Positions 20,201 to 30,800 are shown, counted from the first letter of the stretch. The stretch: 64,000 nucleotides of DNA from an uncultured Clostridia bacterium (GCA_934149275.1 CAKPEG010000007.1:24-64023); one strand, 5' to 3'. The notes: generated by a model from the sequence alone, not told the origin. Program-made: numbers and translations.

Positions 20201-22323
20201 CTGGGGAAGAGGGATTTACTAAAAATGAAGACGGAACATATAGCATAAATCAATCTTATGTTGATGAAAATGGAGCAACAAAATATGAAGATAAAAAAAT
20301 AGATTCAGTTCCTGAAATTAAGTTGGTATGCGAATCTACAATAACAGCTAAAGATTTAGCTAAAGAAATCAAAACAGAAGATTCTGGAATAATAGTTGAA
20401 AAATCAAACTTAGTTGCAGAAGAAACTGTTGAAACAAAAGATTCTATAGCAGCAGAAAATGAAACAATAGAATCAAAAATCAAAATTAAGAACAATAGTA
20501 ATGACACAATGAAAAACATAGTGGTAACAAAGGTTTTACCAGATGGATTAAACTACAGCGATAGCTATATAAGAGGATATGAAGATGATGGAATTACTAT
20601 GAAAAAAGTAAAAACTACAAATTATGATAGTGATTCAAAAACAGTAACATGGACAATTGAAGAATTACCAGCTGGAAGAACAGTATTGTTAACAGGAGAT
20701 TGGGTAGTTGGTCAATTAAAAGAAAATACGTATAAAGATACAATAGCAACAAGTTCAATAATTTTAGTAAATGGAGAAGAATATCAAGCCGGTGAAGTTG
20801 ATATAACTGTTGGAAAACCAAACTTAGAGGTAAGCCAAACATCAAACCAAACTAACCAATATGTAAAAGCTGGAGAACAAATAAAATATACATTTACAGT
20901 TAAAAATACAGGTTCTGTAAGAGCAAACAATGTTACATTAACAGATAGCTTACCAGATGAAGTTTCAATAAAAAAACTAGTATATACAGTAGATGGAGTT
21001 GAAGTATCAAAAGTTGTTGCAAAAAATGAAGATGCAACAGTATATACAAGTATATTACCTGATGGAAAATTAGAAGCAACAGTTACAGCAGAAATAAATA
21101 ATATAGATACAGCACAAAGAACAATAACTAATGTTGGAAAAGTAGAAGCAACAGATATATCAAAAATTAATTCAAATGAAGTAGTCAATATAATAGAAAG
21201 AACATCAAACACAACAGGAAATGATACAGAAAGTAATAATACTAATAATTCTACAAGTAGTAATACTAACAATAATAGTTCACCAAATACACCAAATGAA
21301 AATGTTAAAGATAAGTATGACATAAAAGGAATAGCATGGCTAGATAAAAACAAAAATGGTGAAAGAGACAATGGAGATAATAGATTAGCTGGAATAGAAG
21401 TTAAATTGATAAATTCAAAAACAGCAGAAGAAGTTAATAAAACAGTTACAAACCAAGATGGAGAATATAAATTCAGTAACTTGGAAAATGGAACATATAT
21501 AGTAATGTTCTATTACGATAACAGCAAATATGCATTAACTGAATATAAGAAACAAAATGTTGCAGAAGACAAAAATTCAGATGTAATTGCAACAGCAGAA
21601 AAAGATAAATCAGTTGCGACAACAGATGTAATAACAATAGAAAATGGAAGTAAATCCAATATTGATATGGGGCTTATTGAAGCAACAACATTTGATTTAG
21701 CATTAACAAAATCAATTAGCAAAGTTACAGTACAAACAAAGGAAGGCACAAAATCATATGACTTCAACAATACAGACTTAGCTAAAGTAGATATAAACGG
21801 AAAATACTTAAGTGGAGCAACTGTATTTGTAGAATATACATTTACAGTAAAAAATGAAGGCGAAATAGAAGGTTATGCTAAAGAGTTAGTAGACTATATG
21901 CCAAAAGAATTAGAATTTAATACAGAACTAAATAAGAATTGGCATAAAGGAAATGACGGAAATTTATACACAGATGAATTAGCTAATACAGCAATTCAAG
22001 CTGGAGAATCAAAAACAGTAAAACTTGTATTAACAAAAGCTATGACAGATACAAATACAGGTATAGTAAACAATCAAGCTGAAATATCAAAAGATTATAA
22101 TAAAGCAGGAATTGCAGATAAAGATTCAACACCAGGTGACCAAGATCAAAAAGATGATGATATGTCATCAGCAGACTTAATAATAGGTGTAAAAACTGGG
22201 GAAACATTAATATATATATCAGCAATTATTGCAGGAATAGTTGCAGTAATAATAGCAGTTATAGTAATTAAGAAAAACAAATTAATTTACAAAATTCAAG
22301 CTAAATTTGGGAAGGAGGTGTAG
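17242..22323 (+). CDS. Giant secreted/membrane-anchored surface protein A (1693 aa): signal peptide, about 850-aa unassigned beta-rich region, DUF11-type repeats, SdrD-B-like domain, C-terminal TM anchor
   Basis: Signal peptide ...FTNISLAAEE. DUF11-like units (VKYTVTIENTGSEVAENIKIDTKVPKGATV; IKYTFTVKNTGSVRANNVTLTDSLPDEVS; VEYTFTVKNEGEIEGYAKELVDYMPKELEF). N/S/T linker. SdrD-B-like IKGIAWLDKNKNGERDNGDNRLAGIEVKLIN...DGEYKFSNLENGTYIV. DKDSTPGDQDQKDDD motif. C-terminus VKTGETLIYISAIIAGIVAVIIAVIVIKKNK with no LPXTG. Confidence 0.85.
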   Translation: MFREKKYCKTVIAILLVFCFTFANCFTLFTNISLAAEESLGKQASESINENVEYDAKLAKNEETNGYELEGTIDEEDLAINMQVEIKNEGYLKNAKILIESENGLSFEFAEEKNEKYQIEGNQISLSNISAGEKLDIKIPIKYKQRDDIENLNKKINVKLIGTYVKNNGKESGISQNVILKLVWHTNTEYSIVSELKKYIPYNKGIILQTSVTSLLPEQNNFVEKEELQIDAINLDGYKIEKIIVSNKSEEELKETEWNYNKEENKINIKIQNSKEALKSNEYLITYILSGDKKIELPFNLNSKIDGTIFMFGTDEKIETKLEKEYEIKESLGNIVSIDSETVKSVKLGNILNNSLAEENTYKTNYETKFDIDVSSTEMCENVLIKSNTQEFENEDNTFETNQILFKQVRVSKDNFEKMLGQDGMVQIIDENNEVIATLNKNSKLDNNAYVVDIDTNNICIKTSKPQTEGILSIQTEKEIIKTEYSYEQIKTFSNINEKYTGSILYDENAESKVSEMENKIELEKPETNAELTISRKTLSTIADNNDIKLEVKLNNSSEENDLYKNPRFQITFPEYINEVNVKNIAIANSEDVFKIANNEIGKDDNGRIVLDITLEGSQTKYNSNTLSNGTSIIINCNMKLNLYTPTSNSKIEMKYLNESANKYKNEINNIGYAETEIEFKAPVGVVSINRISNYENTGKTITSVDQGKVTDKIEIFDDAKVATMDIMVMNNNENDCNDIKILGRIPFKGNKDVTTGKDLGTTIDTELVSRINEDANNKSGATIYYSDNGEATENLDTVENNWTENPDDLENVKSYLIVLDGYEMKPGEILKYTYQYKIPANLEHNVDIYGSFKTIYNNLNEVTNIKEISTADVVGLTTGTGPQLAVQTIANIKNSIKEYEKVKYTVTIENTGSEVAENIKIDTKVPKGATVATHSSYNSVETTKGWTLKSDRELVTTIEKLNPGDIKKVEFFVQANKLPTIEEYYAGEEGFTKNEDGTYSINQSYVDENGATKYEDKKIDSVPEIKLVCESTITAKDLAKEIKTEDSGIIVEKSNLVAEETVETKDSIAAENETIESKIKIKNNSNDTMKNIVVTKVLPDGLNYSDSYIRGYEDDGITMKKVKTTNYDSDSKTVTWTIEELPAGRTVLLTGDWVVGQLKENTYKDTIATSSIILVNGEEYQAGEVDITVGKPNLEVSQTSNQTNQYVKAGEQIKYTFTVKNTGSVRANNVTLTDSLPDEVSIKKLVYTVDGVEVSKVVAKNEDATVYTSILPDGKLEATVTAEINNIDTAQRTITNVGKVEATDISKINSNEVVNIIERTSNTTGNDTESNNTNNSTSSNTNNNSSPNTPNENVKDKYDIKGIAWLDKNKNGERDNGDNRLAGIEVKLINSKTAEEVNKTVTNQDGEYKFSNLENGTYIVMFYYDNSKYALTEYKKQNVAEDKNSDVIATAEKDKSVATTDVITIENGSKSNIDMGLIEATTFDLALTKSISKVTVQTKEGTKSYDFNNTDLAKVDINGKYLSGATVFVEYTFTVKNEGEIEGYAKELVDYMPKELEFNTELNKNWHKGNDGNLYTDELANTAIQAGESKTVKLVLTKAMTDTNTGIVNNQAEISKDYNKAGIADKDSTPGDQDQKDDDMSSADLIIGVKTGETLIYISAIIAGIVAVIIAVIVIKKNKLIYKIQAKFGKEV

Positions 22324-22329
22324 TTACGA

Positions 22330-25300
22330 ATGAAGAAATTTAAAAAGATAAGTATTTCAATTTTAGCAATAATAGCAGTACTTGCATTAATATACTCAGG
22401 ATATAAAGTAATTGCTAGATCAACAAATGAAATGTTATCAGAAGGAAATGGACTTCCAGCAAGCTTCCCATATGTTACATATGAAGATTTGATAAATGAA
22501 AACGATACATTATGTTGCGGAAAAGGAATCGCTTTAATTGGAGCAGGTAGAACAAATGTAGTTTCAGGAGGAAACAGCCAATCAGAACCATATTTAACTA
22601 TGAAAGATATTGGAAAAAAACTTTTCTCAAAAACTGAAACAGCATCAGGAGATGTAACATCTGATAATTTCTCAAACCCATATTCAGCAACAACAAGTTA
22701 TACATATGGGCATTATACAGAATCAGAGAAAAAAGTTGCTTCACCAGAAGAAGCATACATATTAGCTGAGATTTCAGAAAACTATCCAGGAAATGATAGT
22801 ACATTTTATAATGTAACAAACAAAGAATATACAGGAAAAATGGATGAGGCATATTTCTATAATGTATATGGAAATGTTATCTATGGTGTGAATATTGATA
22901 AAACATCAGGAGAACCACAAGATTTTGTTATTAAAGATAAGGATTCAGGAAAATATTATTATGTAGAAATAAGCGATAGCGGTAAGTTCTTCCCATATAC
23001 ATATGTACAATATGCATGGTGGAAAACACCTGCCGGAGGAAGTTCAGATAAAGTTGAATCAACAGCTTTATCTAGAGAAGCAGAAGCTTTCGAAGCATAC
23101 ATAAATAAAGTCGCTAAAAGAAACGAAAAAGGTGAAATAGTAACAGAACAAAAAACAGTAACTGTACATGGAAAAACAGCTACAGTAACAGCACCTGTAA
23201 TAGATTATAAAGTAACAGGCGAAGATGAAAATGCAAAAGTTCAATATGATAAAGATAATCAAAGATATTTAGTAGGACCATTCAAAATTAATTATTATGA
23301 AGAATCAGTAACAACAGACAGAGGTAAAGTTGATTTTTCAGCAATAACAAAAGCTACACTAGAAACTAACTTAGGCGTTGTTGATGATGCAAAATGGTTT
23401 TTCAAATATGAAAAAAGAGATGCAGATGATACAGCAGAATTTCCACACAATGGAGAAGAATTCTATATAGTACTAGATTATATAGACGATATGAGATATA
23501 TAAAAGATTTAAAATTTGATTTTAAATATATGAATGCAGGTGGTGAATATTCATCATTAAAAGGTGAATACTTCAATGCAAATTGGGAACCAGAATCAGA
23601 AGCTATATGGTGTAATGAAGGTGCAAAAAATTGTCCATGTGGAGGCCATCATTCAAGTGCACAATATGATAAAGATGGAAATATGACATGTTCTGGTGGA
23701 GCTAAAGAATGTTCACATGGATATTATCATAACCACATTGTTAAATGGAATTATTGGTTGGAATTAAAAGATTTATCACCAAATCAATCACAACCATTAG
23801 CGCAAGTATACGTAGGTGTAAGATGGTATGAAGAAGCAACTTATTCTTTAAAAACAAAAGAACCAGAAAAAGAAGAATATATAAGATTAACAATACCAAT
23901 GGAAGGTGAAGTTTGGATAGATAAAGAACCAGACAAAAAGAATCCTGATTATGTTGAAGGAACAAAACAAGATGATGAACAAGGATACAAAAATGCAGAA
24001 GTATACATTTATAAAGTATACAAAAAAGCAGGAAAAATTGATAAAAGAGAATTAGCCAAAATATATGATGAAGACAATAAAACTGAATTAAGCTATCCAA
24101 TATACACAGATGCAAATGGTAAATATAAAATACCAAATATCAATGTACCTGGATCAAGTAAAGAATCAGATATGACAGAAGATGGATACGATATTTCGTA
24201 TGATGTTGAATTTAAATATGATGGTCAACATTATGAAGCATCAACTGCACTTCCAACAGCCAATGGAGATGCAAGCAAATATATTAAAGCAAGCAAGAGT
24301 GAAAAAACAGCTTACGAAAAAGATTCAATAGCTTCTGAAAATGCAACAGAAAGAGATGAATACAACAAGAAATTCACAGAAGTATATGGAGGAAATAGCA
24401 TAGACAAACAAGGAAATACAGAAGGATATGCAAGCAATGGAAATGATAAATTAACATTAGACTATACCTCTAAAGAATTCTCATTACCAGACAATTCAAA
24501 TACAAGAAGATTATCTACATTAACAGTACTAGACAAAAATGAACATATAATAGATCAATACAAAATGACAGCAACGACGGGAAATACTGGAGTTTACTAC
24601 CCAGTAGATAACAAAATATCAGTTAGTGAAGCAGATGATGTAAAAGAACTAAGCGTAGTAGAAGATGAAAAAGGAAAAACAACAACATATAAAACAATTT
24701 ACAACTACATGTTACACATCAATTTAGCTGTAAAAGAAAGAGAGAAAACAGACCTTTCATTATTCAAAGATTTATACAAAGCAGAAATATTAGTAAATGA
24801 AAAAGAAATAACAAAAACATATAATAAATATGTTGATGTTGAAGACGAAGCTAATAAAGAAGCTTTAGAAGTACAAATAGAAGCATGCAAAATTGGAAAA
24901 TATAAATTAGGACTATATAGTTCAGATTATCAATATCGTTCAACTGTTTATGAAAAGAGTGCAGAAGTTGTTAAAAACATTAAAGCTGATACAGACTTAA
25001 AAGTATATTTAACATACAGAATTGCAGTAAACAACGAAAGTCAAGCAAATGATGATTTGATAGCAACAATCAATCAAATAAATGATTATTATGATAAATC
25101 ATTTACATTAGTAAATGCAGATATCAAAGCAAATGTATTAGATAACAATCAAGAAAGAGTAAATAAGGTAGTTGCAGAAAGCCCATACTATAGAATAGTA
25201 AAAGCCAATGAAACCCCAGAGTACACATATTGGTCAGACAATATGCAAAGATTTACATGTAATGATACAAATACAAAAGTAAATGATGATTACAAAAAAT

Positions 25301-27492
25301 TAACTATAACAGATTTAAAAGGACAAAAATTAGCAAAAGGTGAACAACTAGAAATGTTTATAACATTTGAAGTTGATAAAGATGGATATAAAGGAACAAC
25401 AGAAAGAAAGAATTTATTAGGAGAAAAGAACAATGTTGCAGAAATTGCAAACTATTCTACATTCTATGCAAACGGAAAAGTAGCTGGAATAATTGATAGA
25501 GATTCAGCACCAGATAACATAGACTTAACAAGAAACGTAAAAGAATGGTATGAAGATGATACAGAATCAGCTCCAGCAATAGATATTGAATTATACAATT
25601 ATAACAGAGAAATAAACGGAAACGTTTGGGAAGACTCTGAAACAGTCGATTTACTATATGGACAAAAAGTCGGAAATGGTATTATGGAAGATGGCGAAAA
25701 AGCAGTTAAAGACATAGATGTTCAATTAGTAGAAAAAATAAAAATAGATGGAATCGAATATGAAAAAATATGGTCAGAAGATGATTTCAATAATCTAACT
25801 GACGAAGAAAAGAAAGAATTTAGACTTAAAGATGTAACAACAGATGAAAACGGATATTATTACTTCAAAGGTGTATTAGCTGGTAACTATGTAGTAAGAT
25901 TTAAATATGGAAATAAAGAAGCTAATATAAAATATAATGGTCAAGATTACAAAAACACAGCATATCAAGCAGATATGACAAATGCAGACGGAACAAGTAC
26001 ATTAAACAATGAATGGCAAGATTTAAGAACAGGAAAATTAAATGATGCTAGAGTATCAGATGCAAGAGATTATGAATTACAAAGAATGAAAGTAATAGCA
26101 TATTCAAGAACAATTAATAACCCAATAGGAAATGTACTTGAAAGTGCAGACCAAGATGTTAACCATTCTGAATTAATTGAAAATACTCAAATGGTTGCAA
26201 ACACAGCAAAACTAAATATCGAGATTGAACATCAAGATTATATTGATTACGGTACTGTAAACAAAGTAAACGGAATTAATCAATATACATATAATGTTAA
26301 GAATATTGACTTTGGATTAGAGAAAAGATCAGAAACAGCAGTAGAATTAGATAAGAAAATTTCAAAAATTTCACTATATAAAGATGACGGAACAACATTA
26401 TTATTAAATGTATCATTCAATGAAGATGGAACTATAAATAAAGAAAAACCGGACAACATGTATGTAGAAAAAATAACACATCTAGATGAAACAAATAATA
26501 TTCAAGGATTTGAATATATACCAACAGAAAGTCAATTCAAAAATGGAACATTACTAAAAATTGAATATCAAATAACAATTAAAAATAACTCAGAAGTAGA
26601 TTGGACAGGAAAAGTTGCTGAATATACAACAGCTGAAGATATTTTAAATGAAGTAAAAGAATTAGAAAAAACAGACAACTATGTTTCAGGAGAAATGATT
26701 GAATATGGTGATTATGTAGGATTAAATTATTACAATAATAAAAATAACGATACAGACAGAATAGTAAAAACTAAAGTAGAACAAATTATTGATTATGTTG
26801 ATAATGACGCATCATCAAGTGAAGAGGATAATACTAATATAGAAAATAGTAGTTGGAGCACAATTACATTAGAAGAATTAAAAGACAAAAAAATGATAGA
26901 CAATAAAGTATATACAAATGTAAATGGTGAGCAAAAACTAGTAGATTCAAAAGGAAGAGAATACATTTCAGAAAATAAAAAGAATGTATTAGTTACAGAA
27001 ACAAACAAATATAATCCAAGTGTAATAACTGAATTAGTTCCAGAGTCAGCATCACAAGCAACAGGAGTAGCTTCATCAGGAAAAATAAGAGTAGTAATTT
27101 CAAAACAATTGAATGAAGAAAACTCAAAAGACGATTTATATAATAACATTGCAGAAGTATTATCATATTCAAATACAGTAGGAAGAAGAGATTCACAAGC
27201 TGTACCAGGAAACGCAGAAGTTGCAAGAGGTGAATATTTAGCAGCCACAGGATATGATAATGGAACATTAGTAACAGATTATAAAGGTGCAAAAGAAGTT
27301 GAACAAAATGGAGCAGTATTACATCTAAACGGAGAAAGAGATGCAGATGCACCAAGTTATGTAACATTATCAGAACCTACAGGTATATCAATAAGAGAAT
27401 ATAATAAGAAAAATTATGCAATTGCAATAGTAATTTCAGGAATAATATTAGCAGCAGGAATTGTTGTAATTAAAAAGAAAATTATAAAATAG
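22330..27492 (+). CDS. Giant membrane-anchored surface protein B (1720 aa): N-terminal signal/anchor, Cys-containing N-domain, Cys/His-rich insert, two SdrD-B-like domains, DUF11-like module, C-terminal TM anchor
   Basis: The RBS GGAAGGAGGTG lies inside the 3' end of ORF A, and there are 6 nt between stop and ATG (translational coupling). EGEVWIDKEPDKK...DANGKYKIPNI and INGNVWEDSETVD...DENGYYYFKGVLAGNYVVRF are SdrD-B/Cna-B-like. DRDSAPDN...EDD motif. C-terminus LSEPTGISIREYNKKNYAIAIVISGIILAAGIVVIKKKIIK. Confidence 0.85.
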   Translation: MKKFKKISISILAIIAVLALIYSGYKVIARSTNEMLSEGNGLPASFPYVTYEDLINENDTLCCGKGIALIGAGRTNVVSGGNSQSEPYLTMKDIGKKLFSKTETASGDVTSDNFSNPYSATTSYTYGHYTESEKKVASPEEAYILAEISENYPGNDSTFYNVTNKEYTGKMDEAYFYNVYGNVIYGVNIDKTSGEPQDFVIKDKDSGKYYYVEISDSGKFFPYTYVQYAWWKTPAGGSSDKVESTALSREAEAFEAYINKVAKRNEKGEIVTEQKTVTVHGKTATVTAPVIDYKVTGEDENAKVQYDKDNQRYLVGPFKINYYEESVTTDRGKVDFSAITKATLETNLGVVDDAKWFFKYEKRDADDTAEFPHNGEEFYIVLDYIDDMRYIKDLKFDFKYMNAGGEYSSLKGEYFNANWEPESEAIWCNEGAKNCPCGGHHSSAQYDKDGNMTCSGGAKECSHGYYHNHIVKWNYWLELKDLSPNQSQPLAQVYVGVRWYEEATYSLKTKEPEKEEYIRLTIPMEGEVWIDKEPDKKNPDYVEGTKQDDEQGYKNAEVYIYKVYKKAGKIDKRELAKIYDEDNKTELSYPIYTDANGKYKIPNINVPGSSKESDMTEDGYDISYDVEFKYDGQHYEASTALPTANGDASKYIKASKSEKTAYEKDSIASENATERDEYNKKFTEVYGGNSIDKQGNTEGYASNGNDKLTLDYTSKEFSLPDNSNTRRLSTLTVLDKNEHIIDQYKMTATTGNTGVYYPVDNKISVSEADDVKELSVVEDEKGKTTTYKTIYNYMLHINLAVKEREKTDLSLFKDLYKAEILVNEKEITKTYNKYVDVEDEANKEALEVQIEACKIGKYKLGLYSSDYQYRSTVYEKSAEVVKNIKADTDLKVYLTYRIAVNNESQANDDLIATINQINDYYDKSFTLVNADIKANVLDNNQERVNKVVAESPYYRIVKANETPEYTYWSDNMQRFTCNDTNTKVNDDYKKLTITDLKGQKLAKGEQLEMFITFEVDKDGYKGTTERKNLLGEKNNVAEIANYSTFYANGKVAGIIDRDSAPDNIDLTRNVKEWYEDDTESAPAIDIELYNYNREINGNVWEDSETVDLLYGQKVGNGIMEDGEKAVKDIDVQLVEKIKIDGIEYEKIWSEDDFNNLTDEEKKEFRLKDVTTDENGYYYFKGVLAGNYVVRFKYGNKEANIKYNGQDYKNTAYQADMTNADGTSTLNNEWQDLRTGKLNDARVSDARDYELQRMKVIAYSRTINNPIGNVLESADQDVNHSELIENTQMVANTAKLNIEIEHQDYIDYGTVNKVNGINQYTYNVKNIDFGLEKRSETAVELDKKISKISLYKDDGTTLLLNVSFNEDGTINKEKPDNMYVEKITHLDETNNIQGFEYIPTESQFKNGTLLKIEYQITIKNNSEVDWTGKVAEYTTAEDILNEVKELEKTDNYVSGEMIEYGDYVGLNYYNNKNNDTDRIVKTKVEQIIDYVDNDASSSEEDNTNIENSSWSTITLEELKDKKMIDNKVYTNVNGEQKLVDSKGREYISENKKNVLVTETNKYNPSVITELVPESASQATGVASSGKIRVVISKQLNEENSKDDLYNNIAEVLSYSNTVGRRDSQAVPGNAEVARGEYLAATGYDNGTLVTDYKGAKEVEQNGAVLHLNGERDADAPSYVTLSEPTGISIREYNKKNYAIAIVISGIILAAGIVVIKKKIIK

Positions 27493-27536
27493 ATAAGATT
27501 TTAAAATTAAAAAAAGAGAATTGCCTAAATAAAGTG

Positions 27537-27587
27537 CACCCCAAATGTTAGATAAAAATTTAACATTTGGAGGTGTATTTTTTTTAT
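27537..27587 (+). terminator. Rho-independent terminator after surface protein B
   Basis: CACCCCAAATGTTA / TAACATTTGGAGGTG stem (one bulge) followed by a T-run. Confidence 0.8.
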
Positions 27588-27693
27588 ATAATAAGAAAGT
27601 TCTGCAGACTTCAGCTTATATAAAAATAACAATACGCAAAAATTTACAAAGCAAGTTTCAAACACGAACAAAACATGGATTATAATAAGCGTC
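27585..27693 (+). repeat. Intergenic repeat family C, copy C3
   Basis: TATATAATAAGAAAGTTCTGCAGACTTCAGCTTATATAAAAA hairpin, then core ACGCAAAAATTTACAAAGCAAGTTTCAAACACGAACAAA (about 27634-27672), then the GGATTATAATAAGCGTC tail. Confidence 0.7.
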
Positions 27694-27802
27694 AATATTA
27701 TTGAGCTTGCTTTTAACCTATCAAGGTATATATATTGAAAAATTGGAAAAAATATGAATCAAGAATAAAACCATAAAAGGTAAACAAGAGGAGATATTTC
27801 CA

Positions 27803-30800
27803 ATGAAAAATTATCAGTATCTAAATATTAAAGGTACAAATTTAGAAGAAGCTCAGCTAGAAAATTATTTAATACAATTAGCTGAGGAACATGTTATAAG
27901 TAAACAATCGGAAAAAAATACGTATCCAATAAAAAAAGTGGAAGAGAATTTTAATAATATATTAGAAACATACGAATTATTAAATAAGCATTTGAAACTA
28001 GGAATAAAAGTACATTCAGCAGGAGAATGGCTCTTAGATAATTTTTATATAATTGAAGAAATTGTTAGAAATATAGAAAAATCAATGACTATAAAAAAAT
28101 ATGTAAAGTTACCAGGAATAGCAAATGGAAAACATAAAGGATTTGCAAGAGTATATGTGCTTGCAAGTGAGATAATAGCATTTAGTGATGAAAGTATATC
28201 TGAAGAAAAAATAATTAAAGCGATAAATAGTTATCAAACTAGAAAAATTTTATCAATGGAAGAAATCTGGAATATAGGAATATTTATGGAGATAGCTATA
28301 ATTCAGAAAATATCAGACATTTGCGAAAAAATATATTATTCACAGATTCAGAAGTATAAAGTAGAAAACATTTATGAAAGACTAGTAGAACTAAAACCAT
28401 CACAAGAAAGAATATTTAAAGAAAAAATAAAAACTCAAAAGCAGATAGAGGATTTAAATTATTCTTTTATAGAATATATGGTATACAAGTTAAGAAGAAT
28501 AGGAAAAAAGGGGAATCCATATATTGAGATATTAGAAAAGCAAGTAAACAGATTAGGAACCAATACAGATGACATTGTAAAAAAAGAACACCTATACGTA
28601 GCAACATTAAAAATAAAAATTGGGGTCTGTATAACATCATTAAAAGCAATAAACAGAATAAGCTTTCAAAAGGTATTCGAAAAAACAAATAAAACAGAAG
28701 AACTTTTAAATAATGATCCAAGTGGAATATTTCCAAAGCAAACAGAAGACACAAAAGAACTATACAGAGCGAAAATAAAAAAAATATCAGCCAAAACAAA
28801 AATATCTGAAATCTATATAACCGAGGAAATACTAAGATTAGCAAATAGATACAAAGAAGCGGTAGATAGGGAAGAAAAAAGAAAATCACATGTTGGATAT
28901 TATCTAATTGACGAAGGTATTTATGAATTAAAAGAAGTAATTTTAGAAAAGAAAGTAAAAAGAAAATCTAAAAAGTTTCTATCAAGATTATATATCTATT
29001 CTATAGTTGTTCTACCATTATTAGGTGATTTTGAAATAAGTGAATTAGTTGGGCGAACCTCTATATCAAAAATTATTTTATTTCTAATATTATATATACC
29101 ACTATATACATTAATTTTAAGAATAATAAACTATATAATTTCTAGAATAGTTAAACCATTGAACATTCCCAAAATAAACTATGAAAATGGAATAGATGAT
29201 GAGTGTAAAACAATGGTTGTAATACCAACAATATTGGACAGCAAAGAGAAAGTTGAAGAAATGTTCAAAAAAATAGAAATATATTATTTAGCAAACGAAG
29301 ATAAAAATATATTTTTTACATTGTTAGGAGATTGCACAACATCTGTAAAAGAAGTGGAAAAAAGTGACGAAGATGTTATAAATACAGGATTACAAGAGAA
29401 AAAAAGATTAAATGAAAAATATAATGTAAGTAATAAGTTTAATTTTGTTTATAGAAAAAGAAAATGGAATCCAAAAGAAGAAAGATATTTAGGTTGGGAA
29501 AGAAAAAGAGGTTTATTAATTCAATTCAACGAATTAATACTAAAAAAAGAGAAAACAGATTTCATTGCAAACACATTAGAAGATTTTGATGAAAAAATAA
29601 AATACATTATAACATTAGACTCGGACACAAATTTAGTTTTAGAATCTGCGCAAAAAATGATTGGTGCAATGTCACATATATTAAATAAACCAGTAATCAA
29701 AGATGGCGCTGTAAAAATTGGATATGGAATTATGCAACCTAGGATAGGGATAACATTAGAAGATTCTCAAAAAACAATGTTCACAAAAATATTTTCAAGC
29801 AATCCAGGAATAGATTTTTACACAAACGCAATTTTTGATATCTATCAAGATTGCTTTAAAGAAGGAATTTTTACTGGAAAAGGAATTTATGATTTAGAAG
29901 TATATCAACAATTAATAAAAAATGAATTACCTGAAAACAGAATTTTAAGCCATGATTTGCTCGAAGGAAATTATTTAAGATGTGCCTTATTATCAGACGT
30001 TGTACTATTAGATTCATTTCCAAAACAATATCTTTCATATGTAGAACGTGAAAATAGGTGGATAAGAGGAGATTGGCAAATTGCAAGCTGGATAGAAAAA
30101 GTAATATTTAACAAAAGAAACCCAATTAATAATATTAGTAAATTTAAAATATTTGATAATTTAATAAGAAGCATTTTACCAATAAGCCAACTAATTTTAT
30201 TTATAACAGCAATAGGTAGTAAAAACTTCAGTTTATTATTAATAACGTTAGCAACTATATATATATCAAGCATCCTAGAAACTATAAATAAAATAATATT
30301 TAGAAAAAGTATAACAGAAGAAAAAATTTATGCAGATAAAAAGTTTTACAGAAATATTTCTGGAATAAGAGGAACATTTTTAAGAAACAGCATAGAATTA
30401 ACATTTCTACCAACAGCAGCATTGAATTCGTTTTTAGCAATAATAAAAACATTATATAGATTAAGAATAGGGAAAAAATTATTAGAATGGAAAACATCAG
30501 ATTCAGTAGATAAAGCAGTAGAAAATACATTAGAATATTATTGCCAAAAAATGCTTTTTAATATTTTGATAGGAATAATAATGTTTGGACTATTAAATCC
30601 GCTAGGAATGGTAGTAGGAACTCTATGGATTTTTGCACCTTATATAGCATGGATTTTAGGACAAAGTATTGCAAGAAGCAGAAAAATCGCAAAAGAAGAT
30701 AAAGAATATCTAGAAAAAATCGCAGAAGAAACATGGAAATACTTTGAAACAAGTTTTACTGAAGAAAATAATTATTTAGTCCCAGACAATTATCAATTAG

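Noticed and set aside
17607-27367. Many 60-195-aa minus-strand ORFs inside the giant genes (e.g. 20784-21371, 26793-27248, 23741-24136)
   Set aside because: Their translations are low-complexity L/F/I/S-rich and lack RBSs. They are fully embedded antisense to long, domain-bearing + strand ORFs, so they are AT-rich shadow ORFs.
22120-27492. Searched both giant proteins for canonical LPXTG/SPXTG sortase signals
   Set aside because: Only VKTGE (protein A) and SEPTG (protein B) are present before the TM helices. Neither fits LPXTG or the clostridial (S/P)PXTG motif, so no sortase-substrate call is made.
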